Source: Coniocarpon cinnabarinum
Taxonomy: Eukaryota
Direction of reading: 5' to 3'
Length of the DNA stretch: 64,000 bases
NCBI GenBank assembly: GCA_051942205.1
Contig: JAVECO010000058.1
Span: 1-64,000 of the forward strand
Part shown: positions 35,225 through 47,649 of the stretch, one piece after another
Position numbering within the stretch: the first letter of the stretch is position 1
How the letters are laid out: the number at the start of each line of letters is the position of its first letter
Program-made: the position numbers and the translations under genes
Notes under the pieces: generated by a model
Databases searched by the model: none
Told to the model about the DNA's origin: nothing
What the model saw: the letters and a program-made list of their open reading frames with translations, nothing else

Positions 35225-37395
35225 ATGGAAGACTATGAACGTGAAGCTGCGAAAGAGTGGCAGGAAGTGGGTCAGCGCAAGAAACGCGCTCCAGTCCAGC
35301 GAAAGCACGTCGTCAAAGCAGAGTTCCAGCAGGACAGCCAAGCTTTGATACAATGGCGCGAGCGACAAATGCCTACCAAAATTGTTCATCTCCCAAAAGA
35401 ATTTATCCAGGTGAACAAGTTTGTGAAAAAGGGCAGACCAGGTGGACGCATTGGCACTCCAACGACTACCTTACCAGAATTGATCACGATCGCCCGTGAA
35501 ACAGAGACCGAAATTTTCCAGACTGTGGACTTTGCAACGAGAAACAAGCAGCCACAGCTGGTACGATGCGTCTTTGCAAGAGGCCATGATCGATGCTGAT
35601 TAAGTTTATTTTAGAAAGTCTCGATCTATGGCAGCAATGAAGCAGCTGAACAGGCTTTGATGAAAATCAAGATCTGGAAGCAATCCTACGTGCCCGAGAA
35701 GCCAGGGCGGTCAGCAGATTGGGCTAGGGTCGAGAATGTCGGCACGCCAGAGCACCGAGATGCAGACATCGCCAAGATGATGGAGGAAGAACAGCGGGAG
35801 TCTTTCCGAAGAGATCCTGAAGAAAATGTGATTTTTCCGGCTGCGGTAAGAGTGTTCGAAACTGCACATTGCGACCCAAAAGCTGATGCAATTTAGGGCA
35901 AACTAGTTTGGGACATGTCGTACAGTAGCCCAAGTGAGGTCCTTGGCACTCGCTTTGAAGCTTGCGATTCGTTGCGCACAGAGTACAGATGTTTTATAGT
36001 CCCAGACAAGCAACACGAGGCTGTACTGCGAATTTACGGTGATGACAACGAGAAAGTCAAGCGCGTCATAAATCGGCTGAGGGGCTCGTACTTCCAAGCC
36101 ATCTCGCGCGATAAGGCCAATCGCAATGGCTCGGAATATCTCTTCAACCGCGTACCAAGAAAATCATTATGTTGTCGAGTCGCTTTCGAAACTTTGTTCG
36201 AGCGAGATCCAGGCACCGGGAATCCGAGCGTTGCCCTAGGTGCAAGGGCTTTGTTAGAGACTGACCAGATCGACAATATTGCGCTCCAGAAACGAGCTAT
36301 GCGAGCAGAGGAGCTACCAGCAGAGAACGCGCGCCGGCTGAATAAGGCTACTGGCAAAGCTCTTCATATGGCCAAATACTTTCGCGGAAACTTAAGAATG
36401 CGGGCAACCTTTGGTATCTTCCTTCTGAAGAAGTTCCGCCAGACTTCGGACTTTGAGGAATTTGAGGACATGATGAGCGAAGGCGACCAAGTCGATGGTG
36501 ACGTTGACGCTGATATTGCGCGTGTAAACGGTTCTGTGATGAAGAAGTTTGTCGTGAATCCGTGCGTGGTGAATCTCCATGGGCTGAGAGGTCCCAATGA
36601 CCTCCCAAAGCCGACCTACTCTACGAGGTTTCTACTAAAACACAAGTCTGAGGGTCTGGACCTCAAATTCGACGCAGAGTTCGACTACGACGAAGATAAC
36701 GACTATGTGCACATCTTCGCGAAGAGATGGTCTCGAAACATTCACGCTCCCGGCTATAGCGTCAAACTGCTGGACGTGTGCCTGGTTGACTTGAACAAGT
36801 ATGTTACTGCGTCCGAGCACTTATACCATTGCTAACTCGTGTGCATAGGGGTTCTGATGCATGGAGCATTGATATTGACGCCCTTGAATCTGTTCCGAGC
36901 AACCGCGCTCCAGAACTAATCGAATTTGCAGACAAGGTCAACCTTAACGTCAAGATCGCAACCTCCGTGGACACCGACAAGCACAAAGCTGCGGAGAGGT
37001 ACATTGATTTCGAGGCGATTCCTGGTGTGGTGGTGCACTTCCTCGTCCAGAAAAAACACTGGACGTTTGAATACGGTCGCTCTGGCTATCTGATCGACGT
37101 AGTAAAGGGTGAAGAGTTTTCCCTGCGTAACCCGAACTCCGCCAAGCCCCGTCAAGACGATCTCGTTCATAACAAGCCTAAGTGGAGAGTGTCGATATAT
37201 CGAAAGTCGTGGGATGTGGATCTGGCGGAGAACGCGCATTTACAGCTTGGCGAGGGGATGCGCGGTCACAAGACCGTTGCGGATTTTTTTCCAGCAAGCA
37301 AACCTTCGAATCCGCCACTAGCAGATGTGGGACACTTTCTTCGTATTTTGAACGAGGTTCGAAATATCATTCGCGATCCAGCCATCGAATGGTGA
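35225..37395 (+). CDS. Fungal hypothetical protein with degenerate KH-like N-terminal segments (resembles the family I recall as DUF7905; unverified)
   Basis: Four exons joined in frame by three canonical GT-AG introns. KH-like segments IARETETEI..VSIYGSNEAAEQA and LRTEYRCFI..LRIYGDDNEKVKRVINRL, then FRGNLRMRATFGIFLL. Confidence 0.75.
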
Positions 37396-37489
37396 AAACC
37401 CAGTGCTGAGCGGCGTGGTCACGCGAGGCTCCCGAACAGATTGTGGGAGCGCGCCCATTGTCGATACAAGAGGAATACTCCGAAGAACC

Positions 37490-38045
37490 TCAAGTCGTCT
37501 GCTGACTCTGCTGACTATTTTGACCAGCTATCATCTTCTGACGAAGTACTGCGTCCCTGGTCAGCAAAGCAAAGACGCGCATGTCAATCTCAAGCGTTTT
37601 CCCTACTTTCTTCGACCACTCTTAGGTTGTTCGACTTGCCCTGCAGTATTCCTTCTAGTTCCTTCAAGTTCTGTCCGAGTTCTTTTGTCTTGTCTGTGTA
37701 AAATGCCTTCGCGTCCTCTGTAGTTTTCTCAACGAAAAACCCAGTCCCAATGTCAACGAGGACTTTTTCTCGGCTAGCCAAAGTACCAGGAACGTAAAGG
37801 CTCGTCGTCAAAGGAACCAGGATTGTTTTGCCTTCACTGACGTTCTTCACACCGGCATCTATACTCTTGTAGCATTCAGAGAACCGCGTTTGCGCTCCGC
37901 GAAGTGAGTTAAACGATGCGTTCAATGTTTCAAGTTCGTCGTCGAGCTGTTTCTTTACTTGCATAAGCTGCTGCGGGGTAAGCGACTGCAAGTCAATAGA
38001 TTGGCCTTGCATTGACTCTTCCTTGGAGCCTGACCTTGAGGCCAT
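37490..38045 (-). CDS. GIM5: Prefoldin subunit 5 (alpha type)
   Basis: IDLQSLTPQQL..ILVPLTTSLYVPG..VLVDIGTGFFVEK; one intron near the 3' end gives LRVVEEILRQKM. Confidence 0.95.
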
Positions 38046-38348
38046 CGTTGCGCAATAAGGGTCAAGAATCACCTATACAAGTTGTATGCACGCCAGCAAG
38101 CTTATGGAGATTGGGCTGAGCCAGCTATCTAATCTAATCTTATCTCGAGCATCTTCGAGCTTGAGTCACGTGTCTGACATCTAGTCCCACCAAGCCAGCT
38201 CCGACTCCGCAACAAGCGTAGGGACTCTTTAAGAGCTCGTAATCTTCCCATTATTGTTGACATTTGAGGTGTCACAGTCTAAAATTCGCTGATAGGCCAT
38301 GTGATTATTGCTATCGAGCTGGCCACAATCCCCGATGTGATCAGGACA

Positions 38349-40206
38349 ATGGCTTCTGTCGCAGCATTCAAAATACCGCACGTGTCGAACGAACCTAACG
38401 TGAGTAGCAAGATACATATCTCGACGACTGGGCATGACCTTGAGTAGAGACACTATGCAAAAGATTCCAGTGATCGTCAAGCTTTGCAAAATGTTCTCCA
38501 TGCTCAGAACGAGAATAGCCCCATTGAGTCACCTATAGTCGTAGCTGGCAAGGAGGTAAGCTGCAGACAACCTGTTCGTTGAGGAAAAGCTCACGGTCGT
38601 CAGATCCATACCAAAGAAAGCTCAACACAACATAATCCATCTCGGCATCGTGAAGTCGTTGCACGGTACTCGAATGCTACTGCTCGCGACGTGCATGACG
38701 CTATTGACTCTGCTATTGCCGCCAAGCATGATTATGAGTCCATGCCATTTGCTGATCGTGCAGCAATTTTTCTCAAGGCAGCAGATCTCCTCAGTTCGAA
38801 GTATCGATACGAGCTCATGGCGCTGACCATGCGCGGCCAGGGTAAAAATGCTTGGCAAGCCGAGATTGATGCAGCGGCTGAGCTATGCGACTTTCTCAGG
38901 TAAAGCAGACCGCCACGCAGTTGTCGAGTCACTTCTGACTCCCTTAGATTCAATGTGAAATATGCAGAGGAGCTGTACGCTCAACAACCCGTCCATAATG
39001 CTCCGGGGGTATGGAAGTACGTATCTGTGAGGCTGAGACTAGGTATACGTTTACTGATCAACAGGAAGCCGAGTTGAGTATCGCGCGCTTGAGGGCTTCG
39101 TTTACGCCGTTACACCCTTCAATTTTTCAGCCATTGCTGGAAACTTACCCGCTGCTCCAGCCCTGATGGGTAACGTTGTCATCTGGAAACCTTCGCCATC
39201 AGCCGTTGCCTCTAATTGGCTCATATACAAGATTTTTCTCGAGGCAGGCTTGCCTAGAAGCGTCATTCAGTTCTTACCAGGCGATGCAGAGGAGATCACC
39301 GAAGCAGTGCTTGGCCATTCCAGGTTCTCTGCTCTGCATTACACAGGTAGCACATCTGTCTTTCGGTCACTTTACAGCAAGATTGCGATGGGCGTGGCTG
39401 AGAGCAAGTACGAAGGCTATCCGCGCATTGTTGGCGAGACTGGGGGTAAGAACTTCCACGTCATTCACAATAGCGCGACTGTTCCTAATGCAGCTATCAA
39501 TACCGTGCGTGCAGCCTTTGAGTACCAGGGACAGAAATGCAGCGCTTGCTCGAGGTTGTATGTCCCTAACTCACTGTGGGCTGGCTTTCGGGACGAGCTG
39601 AAGGCGCAAACACAGAAGCTGAAAGTTGGACCTCCGGAAAGTTTCGACAACTTTGTTGGTCCCGTAATTCATGAAGCCGCCTTCAAGCGCCTGTCATCTG
39701 CGATTGATGCTGCAAAAAACGATCCTGACCTGACCCTATTGACCGGTGGCACGTACGACAATAGTGAAGGCTGGTTTGTGCAGCCAACAATATACGTGAC
39801 CAAGAACCCACATCATGATCTTATGGTGAGGGAGCTCTTCGGCCCAATTCTTTGTGTATATGTTTACGAGGACTTGCAACCATCTCCGAAGATCGCATTC
39901 GAATCAGTCTGCGAGATGATTAGCAGGACTACGTCGTATGCACTGACAGGCGCAATATTTGCGCAAGATCGCCAGGTAATTCGTGCCGCTGAAGAGGCAT
40001 TGCGCAACGCTGCTGGCAACTTCTATGCCAATTGCAAATGCACGGGAGCAGTGGTTGGACAACAGCCTTTCGGAGGGGCTCGAGCAAGTGGGACAAATGA
40101 TAAGGCCGGCAGTGCCAATCTTCTCAGTCGCTTTGTGAGCATGAGAGCGATCAAGGAACAATTTGTCGACGATGCGAGCGTGGAATACCCGAGTAATGAG
40201 GTTTGA
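38349..40206 (+). CDS. PUT2: Delta-1-pyrroline-5-carboxylate dehydrogenase (ALDH4)
   Basis: Four introns. NEPN..GQGKNAWQAEIDAAAELCDFLRFN..EGFVYAVTPFNF..YPRIVGETGGKNFH..FEYQGQKCSACSR..QQPFGGARASGTNDKAG. Confidence 0.94.
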
Positions 40207-40547
40207 GACCAAGATTGATGAGCGCAGACGACATGGGCAAACGTCAACGGATATAGTTCATCTCGAAATCCACGATGTTATCGTGAGGTCTTTACGAGAC
40301 AATCTAGTTGCGGTGTAGAGCAAGGAATGTGCTAGGTATTCGGCGGCGCTGGCGCCCCTGAACAGCCCCTTGCAAGTTGAGCCAGTGAATGGCGTCCTCT
40401 GCGTGGTGCCGAGGCACCTCGTATTTTGGCCGGGTGTCCATTCTTGGTCAGCGTAGCATGCTTGCTCCCGTCGCTCATCAATCTATCTACTCTCCTGGAA
40501 ATAATTGTAGAAATTAGAGCGCCCTAGCTGCTTCAAAATCCTCAACC

Positions 40548-41078
40548 ATGGCTGAAACTCAATCAGTCGGCGAGCAGACTTCTGCCGAAGGTGAACAGAA
40601 AAAGGGCCGCTTTGAGCCCAAAGTCCCTGTGAAGCTCGACCCACCGAAGTATGATCCTATCAGTCCTGACTATCTCTTGCAATGCACAGGTAAGAGACCG
40701 TGCCGTCAACTCTCGTTCTTTCCGCAAAACCTGATCACTGCTCAAACAGGTCAGAACCCTGACTATCCCACCTACGTCGCAATCAAGGGCTTGGTGTACG
40801 ACGTCACTGGCAACAAAGCTTATGGGCCAGAAGGGCCGTACAAGGTCTTCTCGGGTCACGACGCAAGCCGAGCACTGGGCAAGACGAGCACGAAGGAGGA
40901 AGATGTGAGACCGGAGTGGGACGATCTGCCGGATGGAGAGAAGAACACGCTCAACGATTGGGTGACGTTCTTCAGCAAGAGGTATAGCGTGGTGGGCGTG
41001 GTGCAGGATGCAAAGAATATGGATCAGCAGGTGTTGCAAGACACAACGAACGTGAACCAGCAGGTTAAATCAGAGTAG
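40548..41078 (+). CDS. Cytochrome b5-like heme/steroid-binding (MAPR/Dap1-family) protein
   Basis: FEPKVPVKLDPPK..YVAIKGLVYDVT..YGPEGPYKVFSGHDASRALGK..LNDW..FSKRYSVVG; intron 40690-40749. Confidence 0.9.
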   Translation: MAETQSVGEQTSAEGEQKKGRFEPKVPVKLDPPKYDPISPDYLLQCTGKRPCRQLSFFPQNLITAQTGQNPDYPTYVAIKGLVYDVTGNKAYGPEGPYKVFSGHDASRALGKTSTKEEDVRPEWDDLPDGEKNTLNDWVTFFSKRYSVVGVVQDAKNMDQQVLQDTTNVNQQVKSE

Positions 41079-41243
41079 CACGGAAATGGACCGCAAATGG
41101 CATTGCCACGAAGATCGGGTGGAGTGTTCGAGACGTTCTTTTTGATTCTGCATGCGCTACGTCGGCGAGGTCCTGTTGACCTTGATGCGGTTCAACTTCG
41201 ATGCATTGCCCAATCTCCTCCCTTCTCGCGTGCTTCAACACAA

Positions 41244-41806
41244 TCACAGTCCTCGTTCGTCACGGATCTGGTCCTGCGTCTTGTTCTCTTCACCTGGAGG
41301 TGGCACGACCTCCGACGTGGGTGCTGCACCCTTATCTATTGTGCTCTCGTTGTCACGCGTGTGCTTGTCATACCGCTGGCTGCCCTTTGCGAGCGGGTTG
41401 CCGCCAGAGTAATGCGTGTGTTTCGAGTTCGTTTGACCGGGCATCTGGTCGCCAACACCGGTTATAACGTCTGAGTTGCCGGCAGGCATGTCGCGAGGGT
41501 TGCGCGGCATGTCTGTTGGGTTGTCGGCGACAGCGGCGCCTGGGATATTGGATCAGCACTATGTAGCTCCATAGATGATTGAGCAACGCTCATCGGATAT
41601 CTCATACTGTCAGGACCGCCCAATCCACCACCGGAAACAGCAGCTTGGTGTGGGTTGGGGACTGAAGGAATGGTGTTCATTTTGCCAGCATCGCCAGGGA
41701 TTGAAGTGCCATCAACGGCCATGTCGTTGAGCTGGTTACTATTAGCCACGCACCCCTACTGGCCACGTTGCATGCATGCGCTTACATCGCCACCTTGCTT
41801 AGACAT
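41244..41806 (-). CDS. Small hydrophilic fungal hypothetical protein (3 exons)
   Basis: ATG at 41806; two GT-AG introns join MSKQGGD|LNDMAVDGTSIPGDAGKMNTIPSVP..GPDS|AAVADNPTDMPR..VITGVGDQMPG..DERGL*. Confidence 0.75.
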
Positions 41807-42162
41807 ATTGTTCAATGTATTTTAGAAAAGCTGGACCGTGGATTGATTGAAGAAAATGGTTTGCAAGTGCTTCTGGACTGGTATTGGGATTTTCAAAGAT
41901 CTTTCTACGCGGCAATGGATAGTTTGAGCATACGAGCCTGTGAATTGAAAAGGCATTTCGCAAGTGGGCCTTGCTCGACGTCATCTTTAGGAGCTTGGGC
42001 CAAAGCACGAGACATCCCACTACCGCGCCACACTTCTGCCTTGATTGTGGGGCTACAAGCTAGATCCGCAGGCGGAGCGGGAAATCTTGGCACAATCTTC
42101 GCATCAAGATTCAAATCCCAAGCTGATCTCGTGCTGAATTGATTTTATGTTGATCTCGCAAA

Positions 42163-44442
42163 ATGACGAGGCGTGGCAAGCGCAAGCTTTCAGAGAGCGA
42201 TGTCGGACCCCAGACCGAGCTTGATGCAACCTCTGAAGCTAATCCTCCAGGACAGCCACCAGCGAAGCGGACGAAGACACGCCGTGAGGTTTTCATTCGA
42301 GGTCTGGCCTCTTCAATCACCGATGAATCGCTTGTTGCACACTTCTCTGAGGCCCTTCCGATCAAGCGTGGCTTTGTGGTGAAGGAGAGCACAGGTCAAT
42401 GCAAGGGTTATGGTTTTGTGACATTCGCAGACGCAGACGATGCCGCTCTGGCGGTCGAGAAGTTCCAAGGAAGCACGCTAGCTGGTCGGAGAATCAAGCT
42501 GGAAGTTGCCGAGCCAAGACACAGAGATGTGGACGACACGATACCAGCAGAGGTGGCTGCTGCTTCTGGGAAGAACAGAAGCGTGCCAGCGCCCGAGGCC
42601 ATTGCCGCCAAAGAGAAGAGGAAAGCTGAGCTTCAGGAGAAAAGGGGTGAGAACCAGCCTTCAAGATTGATTGTGAGGAATCTACCTTGGAGTGTCAAGA
42701 CCGAGAAGGACCTCGAGAAGTTGTTTCAGAGCTTTGGCAAGGTGAAGCAGGTGCTCTTACCAAGGACAGGGCCAGGTCGTTTGCGAGGGTTTGGCTTTGT
42801 CCTGCTGCGAGGCCGCAAGAACGCCGAGAAAGCTCTACGAAACATGAACGGAAAGGATGTTGACGGTCGAGCCATTGCAGTAGACTTTGCCGTCAGCAAA
42901 GACACCTGGGAGAATGAACTGAAGGAGGCTGGGAAAGGTGGGGAGACGCTGCAAGAGAATGGCCATTTGCCTGAACAAGCTCAAGGGAACGTAAATGTTG
43001 ACGACGTGACGAATCTGATATCTTCTGATGACGCGGATAGCGAAGCAGCGTCTGTTGACGGTAGTGTGTCTGAAAGCAATGAAGGCGTGTCTAGCAAATG
43101 CGATGAGACGACCGAGCTTGAAAGGGAGAGTGAGGCAGAGACCGAAAGCGCAACTTCTGAGCCGGCCGATACGCAGTCTAAAATGCAAGAGCAGACACTA
43201 TCCAATACTCTGTTTGTGCGAAACCTCCCCTACTCCACCACGGATCAGGAGCTGCGTGATCACTTTGCAACCTTTGGGCTTGTTCGTTATGCCCGCGTTG
43301 TCCTTGATCCAGAGACTGAAAGGCCAAGAGGCACGGGCTTTGTGTGCTTTAAAGACGCTGAAAGTGCAAAATCTTGTCTCAAACAAGCTCCTCATAAAGG
43401 CATGGACGATAGCGAGCAGACGGGCTCAAATGCCATTCCACTTGGGAGATCAGTTCTTCAAGATGACCACGCGGACAGTTTGGGAAAATACACATTGGGT
43501 GGTCGCGTGTTACAGCTTGCTCGAGCAGTGGACAAATCACAGGCCACTCACCTTGCTAACGCTGGTGCTGCAGCGCAGGAGAAACGTGCGAAGGACAAGA
43601 GATGCCTCTACCTGCTCAATGAAGGTACAATTCCAAATGGAAGTTCTCTATGGGAGTCCCTGACCCCTGCAGAACAAGCTATGCGTGAGGCCAGCTTCAA
43701 GCAGAGACGAGCGCTCATACAAGCCAACCCTACGCTCCATGTCAGTCTCACTCGACTATCCATCCGCAACATTCCTCGCACAGTTACATCAAAGTCGTTG
43801 AAAGAACTCGCTCGCCAAGCTGTTGTTGGCTTTGCGAGTGACGTCAAAGCGGGCGAGCGAGTCAGGTTGTCGAAAGAGGAGCTCAGTCGAGGAGGCGAGG
43901 CCATGCAGGAAGCTGAGAAGCATCGGAAGCAAAGAGGAAGTGGTATCGTGAAGCAAGCCAAAGTCGTATTCGAGACTGCACAAGGGAGCAAGTCTGATGA
44001 GAAGGATGGTGGAGGGCGAAGTCGTGGGTATGGTTTCGTTGAGTATCATACACATCGTGCGGCCCTCATGGGTCTTCGATGGCTGAATGGCCATGCTGTT
44101 GGCTACACCGCAAAGGAGACTAGCAAGTCGAAGACAGTCTCGCGTCAAGATCTCAAAGATCGAAAGAAGAGGCTCATTGTCGAGTTCGCCATTGAAAATG
44201 CTCAAGTCGTGCACAGAAGAGCTGACAGAGAAAAGAAAGCCAGGGACCATGGACAAAACGTGACAGATCATACTAAAGAAGCAGTCAGACCTCCCGCCCA
44301 TACAAATGTCGTGCATAAAAGTTCCAAGGAGAAACCGGGAAGCGAGAAGAAGCCAGATGACGAGATGGGGAAAATCCAACGACGCCAGCAGATTATCGCC
44401 CGCAAGCGTGCGAAGAAACGGAACAGGACTGGTTTACAATAG
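42163..44442 (+). CDS. NOP4: Nucleolar multi-RRM protein Nop4/RBM28
   Basis: Four RRMs (KGYGFVTF, LIVRNLPW..RGFGFV, LFVRNLPY..RGTGFVCF, LSIRNIP..SRGYGFVEY), LYLLNEGTI and KKRLIVEFAIENAQVV. Confidence 0.95.
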   Translation: MTRRGKRKLSESDVGPQTELDATSEANPPGQPPAKRTKTRREVFIRGLASSITDESLVAHFSEALPIKRGFVVKESTGQCKGYGFVTFADADDAALAVEKFQGSTLAGRRIKLEVAEPRHRDVDDTIPAEVAAASGKNRSVPAPEAIAAKEKRKAELQEKRGENQPSRLIVRNLPWSVKTEKDLEKLFQSFGKVKQVLLPRTGPGRLRGFGFVLLRGRKNAEKALRNMNGKDVDGRAIAVDFAVSKDTWENELKEAGKGGETLQENGHLPEQAQGNVNVDDVTNLISSDDADSEAASVDGSVSESNEGVSSKCDETTELERESEAETESATSEPADTQSKMQEQTLSNTLFVRNLPYSTTDQELRDHFATFGLVRYARVVLDPETERPRGTGFVCFKDAESAKSCLKQAPHKGMDDSEQTGSNAIPLGRSVLQDDHADSLGKYTLGGRVLQLARAVDKSQATHLANAGAAAQEKRAKDKRCLYLLNEGTIPNGSSLWESLTPAEQAMREASFKQRRALIQANPTLHVSLTRLSIRNIPRTVTSKSLKELARQAVVGFASDVKAGERVRLSKEELSRGGEAMQEAEKHRKQRGSGIVKQAKVVFETAQGSKSDEKDGGGRSRGYGFVEYHTHRAALMGLRWLNGHAVGYTAKETSKSKTVSRQDLKDRKKRLIVEFAIENAQVVHRRADREKKARDHGQNVTDHTKEAVRPPAHTNVVHKSSKEKPGSEKKPDDEMGKIQRRQQIIARKRAKKRNRTGLQ

Positions 44443-47400
44443 CATCATGTTATTCTTGCAGGACAATCGCACCTTTTCACCGCGCGTCGACCCTCAACCA
44501 CAAAACATTTGCCTGGCCAATCCTCCTATCACCGTCGCTGTTCGACCATATGGAATCCGTGTGCCATGCCCCCGAATAGGTGGCTGAGGGGAAAGTTTTT
44601 AAGAAGAGAGCGTGCATATGCTTCTGAGAATGCGTACGAGCCGCAGCAGTAGATATTGTCGTTTTGAAAATAGCATTATAGCGTCGTCGAAAGCTAGGTA
44701 AATTCACCTAATCAGCATAGCGCAAGATAATCATAATTTGTGCCCTCTCCCCCCTTTCCTCACTGTTGCGTTGACATCCATTGACATCACCCGTGCTATT
44801 ACAGGTGCAGTTCTCTGAGCCGCGAGCTGATCGAGTTCACCGAGTGTTTTTGGAGCATGTCGAGCTAAATCGGACCGGCTGCTCGCTGGAACACCTGGCT
44901 GAGTTCCCGCTCATTTGGGAATATAGATGGCAACAGATTTGAGTTGATCGGATCACAGGTAGGACGAAGGCTGCTGATGCAAGCTGCCAGTACCAGGAAA
45001 GAAATCTGGGAGCTCTCGGACCTGGCGACTAAGACGCGATGACAAGGTGGCTATCATGATCGTTAAGGACAGTGCGTACGCGCACAGCTTCGAAGCCCCA
45101 CATTGAGTCTCAGAGAATGCAAAGAGACTTGAAAACCTCGCAGGGCGCAGAGTACGCGTTAATAGGCAAAGCGTGGCCGGACCATTTGATAGGCCGGGCA
45201 GGCAAGCGTTGCCTAGAGAGACTGGAAAGACCCCACCGAAACCGGAAAAGGGAAACGAGCACGGACTTATCCTAGGCCAAGCTTTCTCTGCCCAGGACAC
45301 AGAGTGGCTGCTAATCACCTTCCCCATCCACAATTTGCAGTGATCACATCAACGCATCGACTGCTGCGATGACAAACAAGCAAAGATGACCTTCAAGCGT
45401 ACTACTCGCCCCTGCAAGTCATACCTGCGGGATTACGCGATGCTGTGCTCCGCAAACCGTGGTGGTGCCTTGTCGTGCCCACAAACTCAAATTTTCATTC
45501 TACTCAATTATCGTCTTCATCAGGCTTCCCACCACGGCTGGTTGACAAAGGCCGGTCGCTTCTATCAGCAGCCAGCCTCTTCAGCTTTCTCAGTGGAAAA
45601 GGCGAGATTCGATGGCCTGAAAGCAAATTTTCACCGACTCGTCCCTGTCCTACCAACCAAAGAACTTAAGTTGGTGCATCAAATCTTCAACTTGCAGTCA
45701 TCGACATACTTATAAAGAGATCACAACAATGGAAGCATCAAGATCAATCATGTTTCTAGCCCATTAGAGTCGTCACGCGCGAAATCGGCACCAAGATTTT
45801 GCCCCTCGCAGCACTTTTCGAAAACGCGTACCACATTCTACTTTAACGGCGTAGCCGATGACATTCTCCGCAGCTACTAGCAGTAGTCTTTCGTTGTACA
45901 GGCGAATCAATATGCAAAACTCTCCTTGGTGCGGGTGCAAGGCCAAATATTACCGGCGTCGCTTCACCCAGCTTTCGCCACCGGGTGCCCATAATTTCAT
46001 TTTACGCAAGCCGGAAAGCCAACGATCGCCTTGATAAAATACTTACGCCCTTTTACGGCTGCTGCAATGCAAAAACACACTATGCAGAGTCGAAACACGA
46101 AATACGAATCACGTTTCTTCAGCCTACAGCCGATCTCTACAGGCGAGTTTCTGTTTGCAATTACCAGTTAATGCCAGCACTGGCAGAGTCAGTCGCTGCA
46201 ATTTCCAGGTTCAGAGCCATCAAAGCAGCATGTGCCACATTGTTAATGTCTTCCGCGGTGCCAGTCGCAAGATTGCAGATGTCCAGATTGCAACCAGACA
46301 CGCGAGCCACACTACGTCAGAGTGCCATGCTCGGTGGTGCTAATTTTGTCCGTCGATAAGACTGCGAGACACCATCATTGCTGCAGCTCTGGCCCCGGAA
46401 GACGAAGCTGCCAGCGGCGGTGAGATGTTCACGGAGATACGTCCACGATCTATTCCATCGGCATCGACTTCTGGCAAGTGGTATGAGTTTTCCATATCTT
46501 CCCACGCCAGTGAAGGTGTCATTGTCCACGCACGTGGCGAGACCGCGCTCAATACTCGCGCCTCTATCGATCGCCAAGTCATTCTCCGAGCGCGGACTTT
46601 CTTGGAGGATCACGCTTCCACAGCGATCGTGATAACCCCCAGCGTCCTCAAACTGGGGTCAAGCTTGATTGCAGTGAGGACCTTTCTACTCAGTGAGTCT
46701 GTATGGTCTTATCATGCCGTTGGCACAGCACCAAGACTGTCGTCACAGCAGCTTTTGCATACTTTGACGCACTACCACAATGAGTATGGACGTGCCACGG
46801 ACAAGCTATAAGCCTCGGCCCATGTGGGAACCTCAGAGACTATCAGTGGGTGATCGTCACTCAATGATCCTGTGTTCATGCGTTTGCCCTTGCCTTCTGG
46901 AAGACACTGGAAAATTGCTCAGCGGCAATGGATTGCATGACGAGGACGAAGATGATGGACATGTCCGTTCAGGGACCAGGCCAGACGCATTCAGAAGAGC
47001 TGTCCAGGAGCAACAAGTCGGTCTCTAGGTCTATACCGCACAGAACGGTCCACTAATTCACGCACACACCTGGGCCGTGCTGGTCAGGTGCCAGCACTAT
47101 TCACCACTTCAGGAGCTAAGAGAAATGAAAGCAAACAGGCTGAAAACATTCGAAAGAAATGGCAAGAAGACAAGAGAGGACGGAAGTCGAAGAGGACTCC
47201 GAGCTTACTGAAAACGGTTACGATCAGAGCAAGCCGTCGTCTTCCTTGCCAGAGAAGTGTCAGAAGAGACAAGCCCAGCTGCACTACATCGGTCATCGCA
47301 ACAGAGCTTTATGAAACAAGGTGGATATTGTTAGCTTCGTCTCAACATCTTCTACGGGTATTACTCGATACCATATTTTTACTCACATCTGCCACAGCCA

Positions 47401-47649
47401 CATTAGGATTCTGAGCTGACTCTCCTCCTATTCCGGCTTGACCATGCCATCATGGCTGCTCGACTATCTTCAATAATATCGAGCCAGGGAAAGGTGTCCG
47501 TATGTGCAAGCCAGCCCCTTTTTCACGTGCAACTTGATCACACCCGACGTGACGGTACGAAGCCGCGTTAATTTCTCCAACAGGAGTCAACATCTGGACT
47601 TGTAGTAACGGCGAAAGGGTACAATCTCCTTGTGGCATGTTCACAAAGG

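Noticed and set aside
46270..47414. Possible decayed gene (LRDTIIAAAL.. F-box-like start and downstream fragments)
   Set aside because: Could not build a consistent spliced frame or recognise a family; at best a relic.
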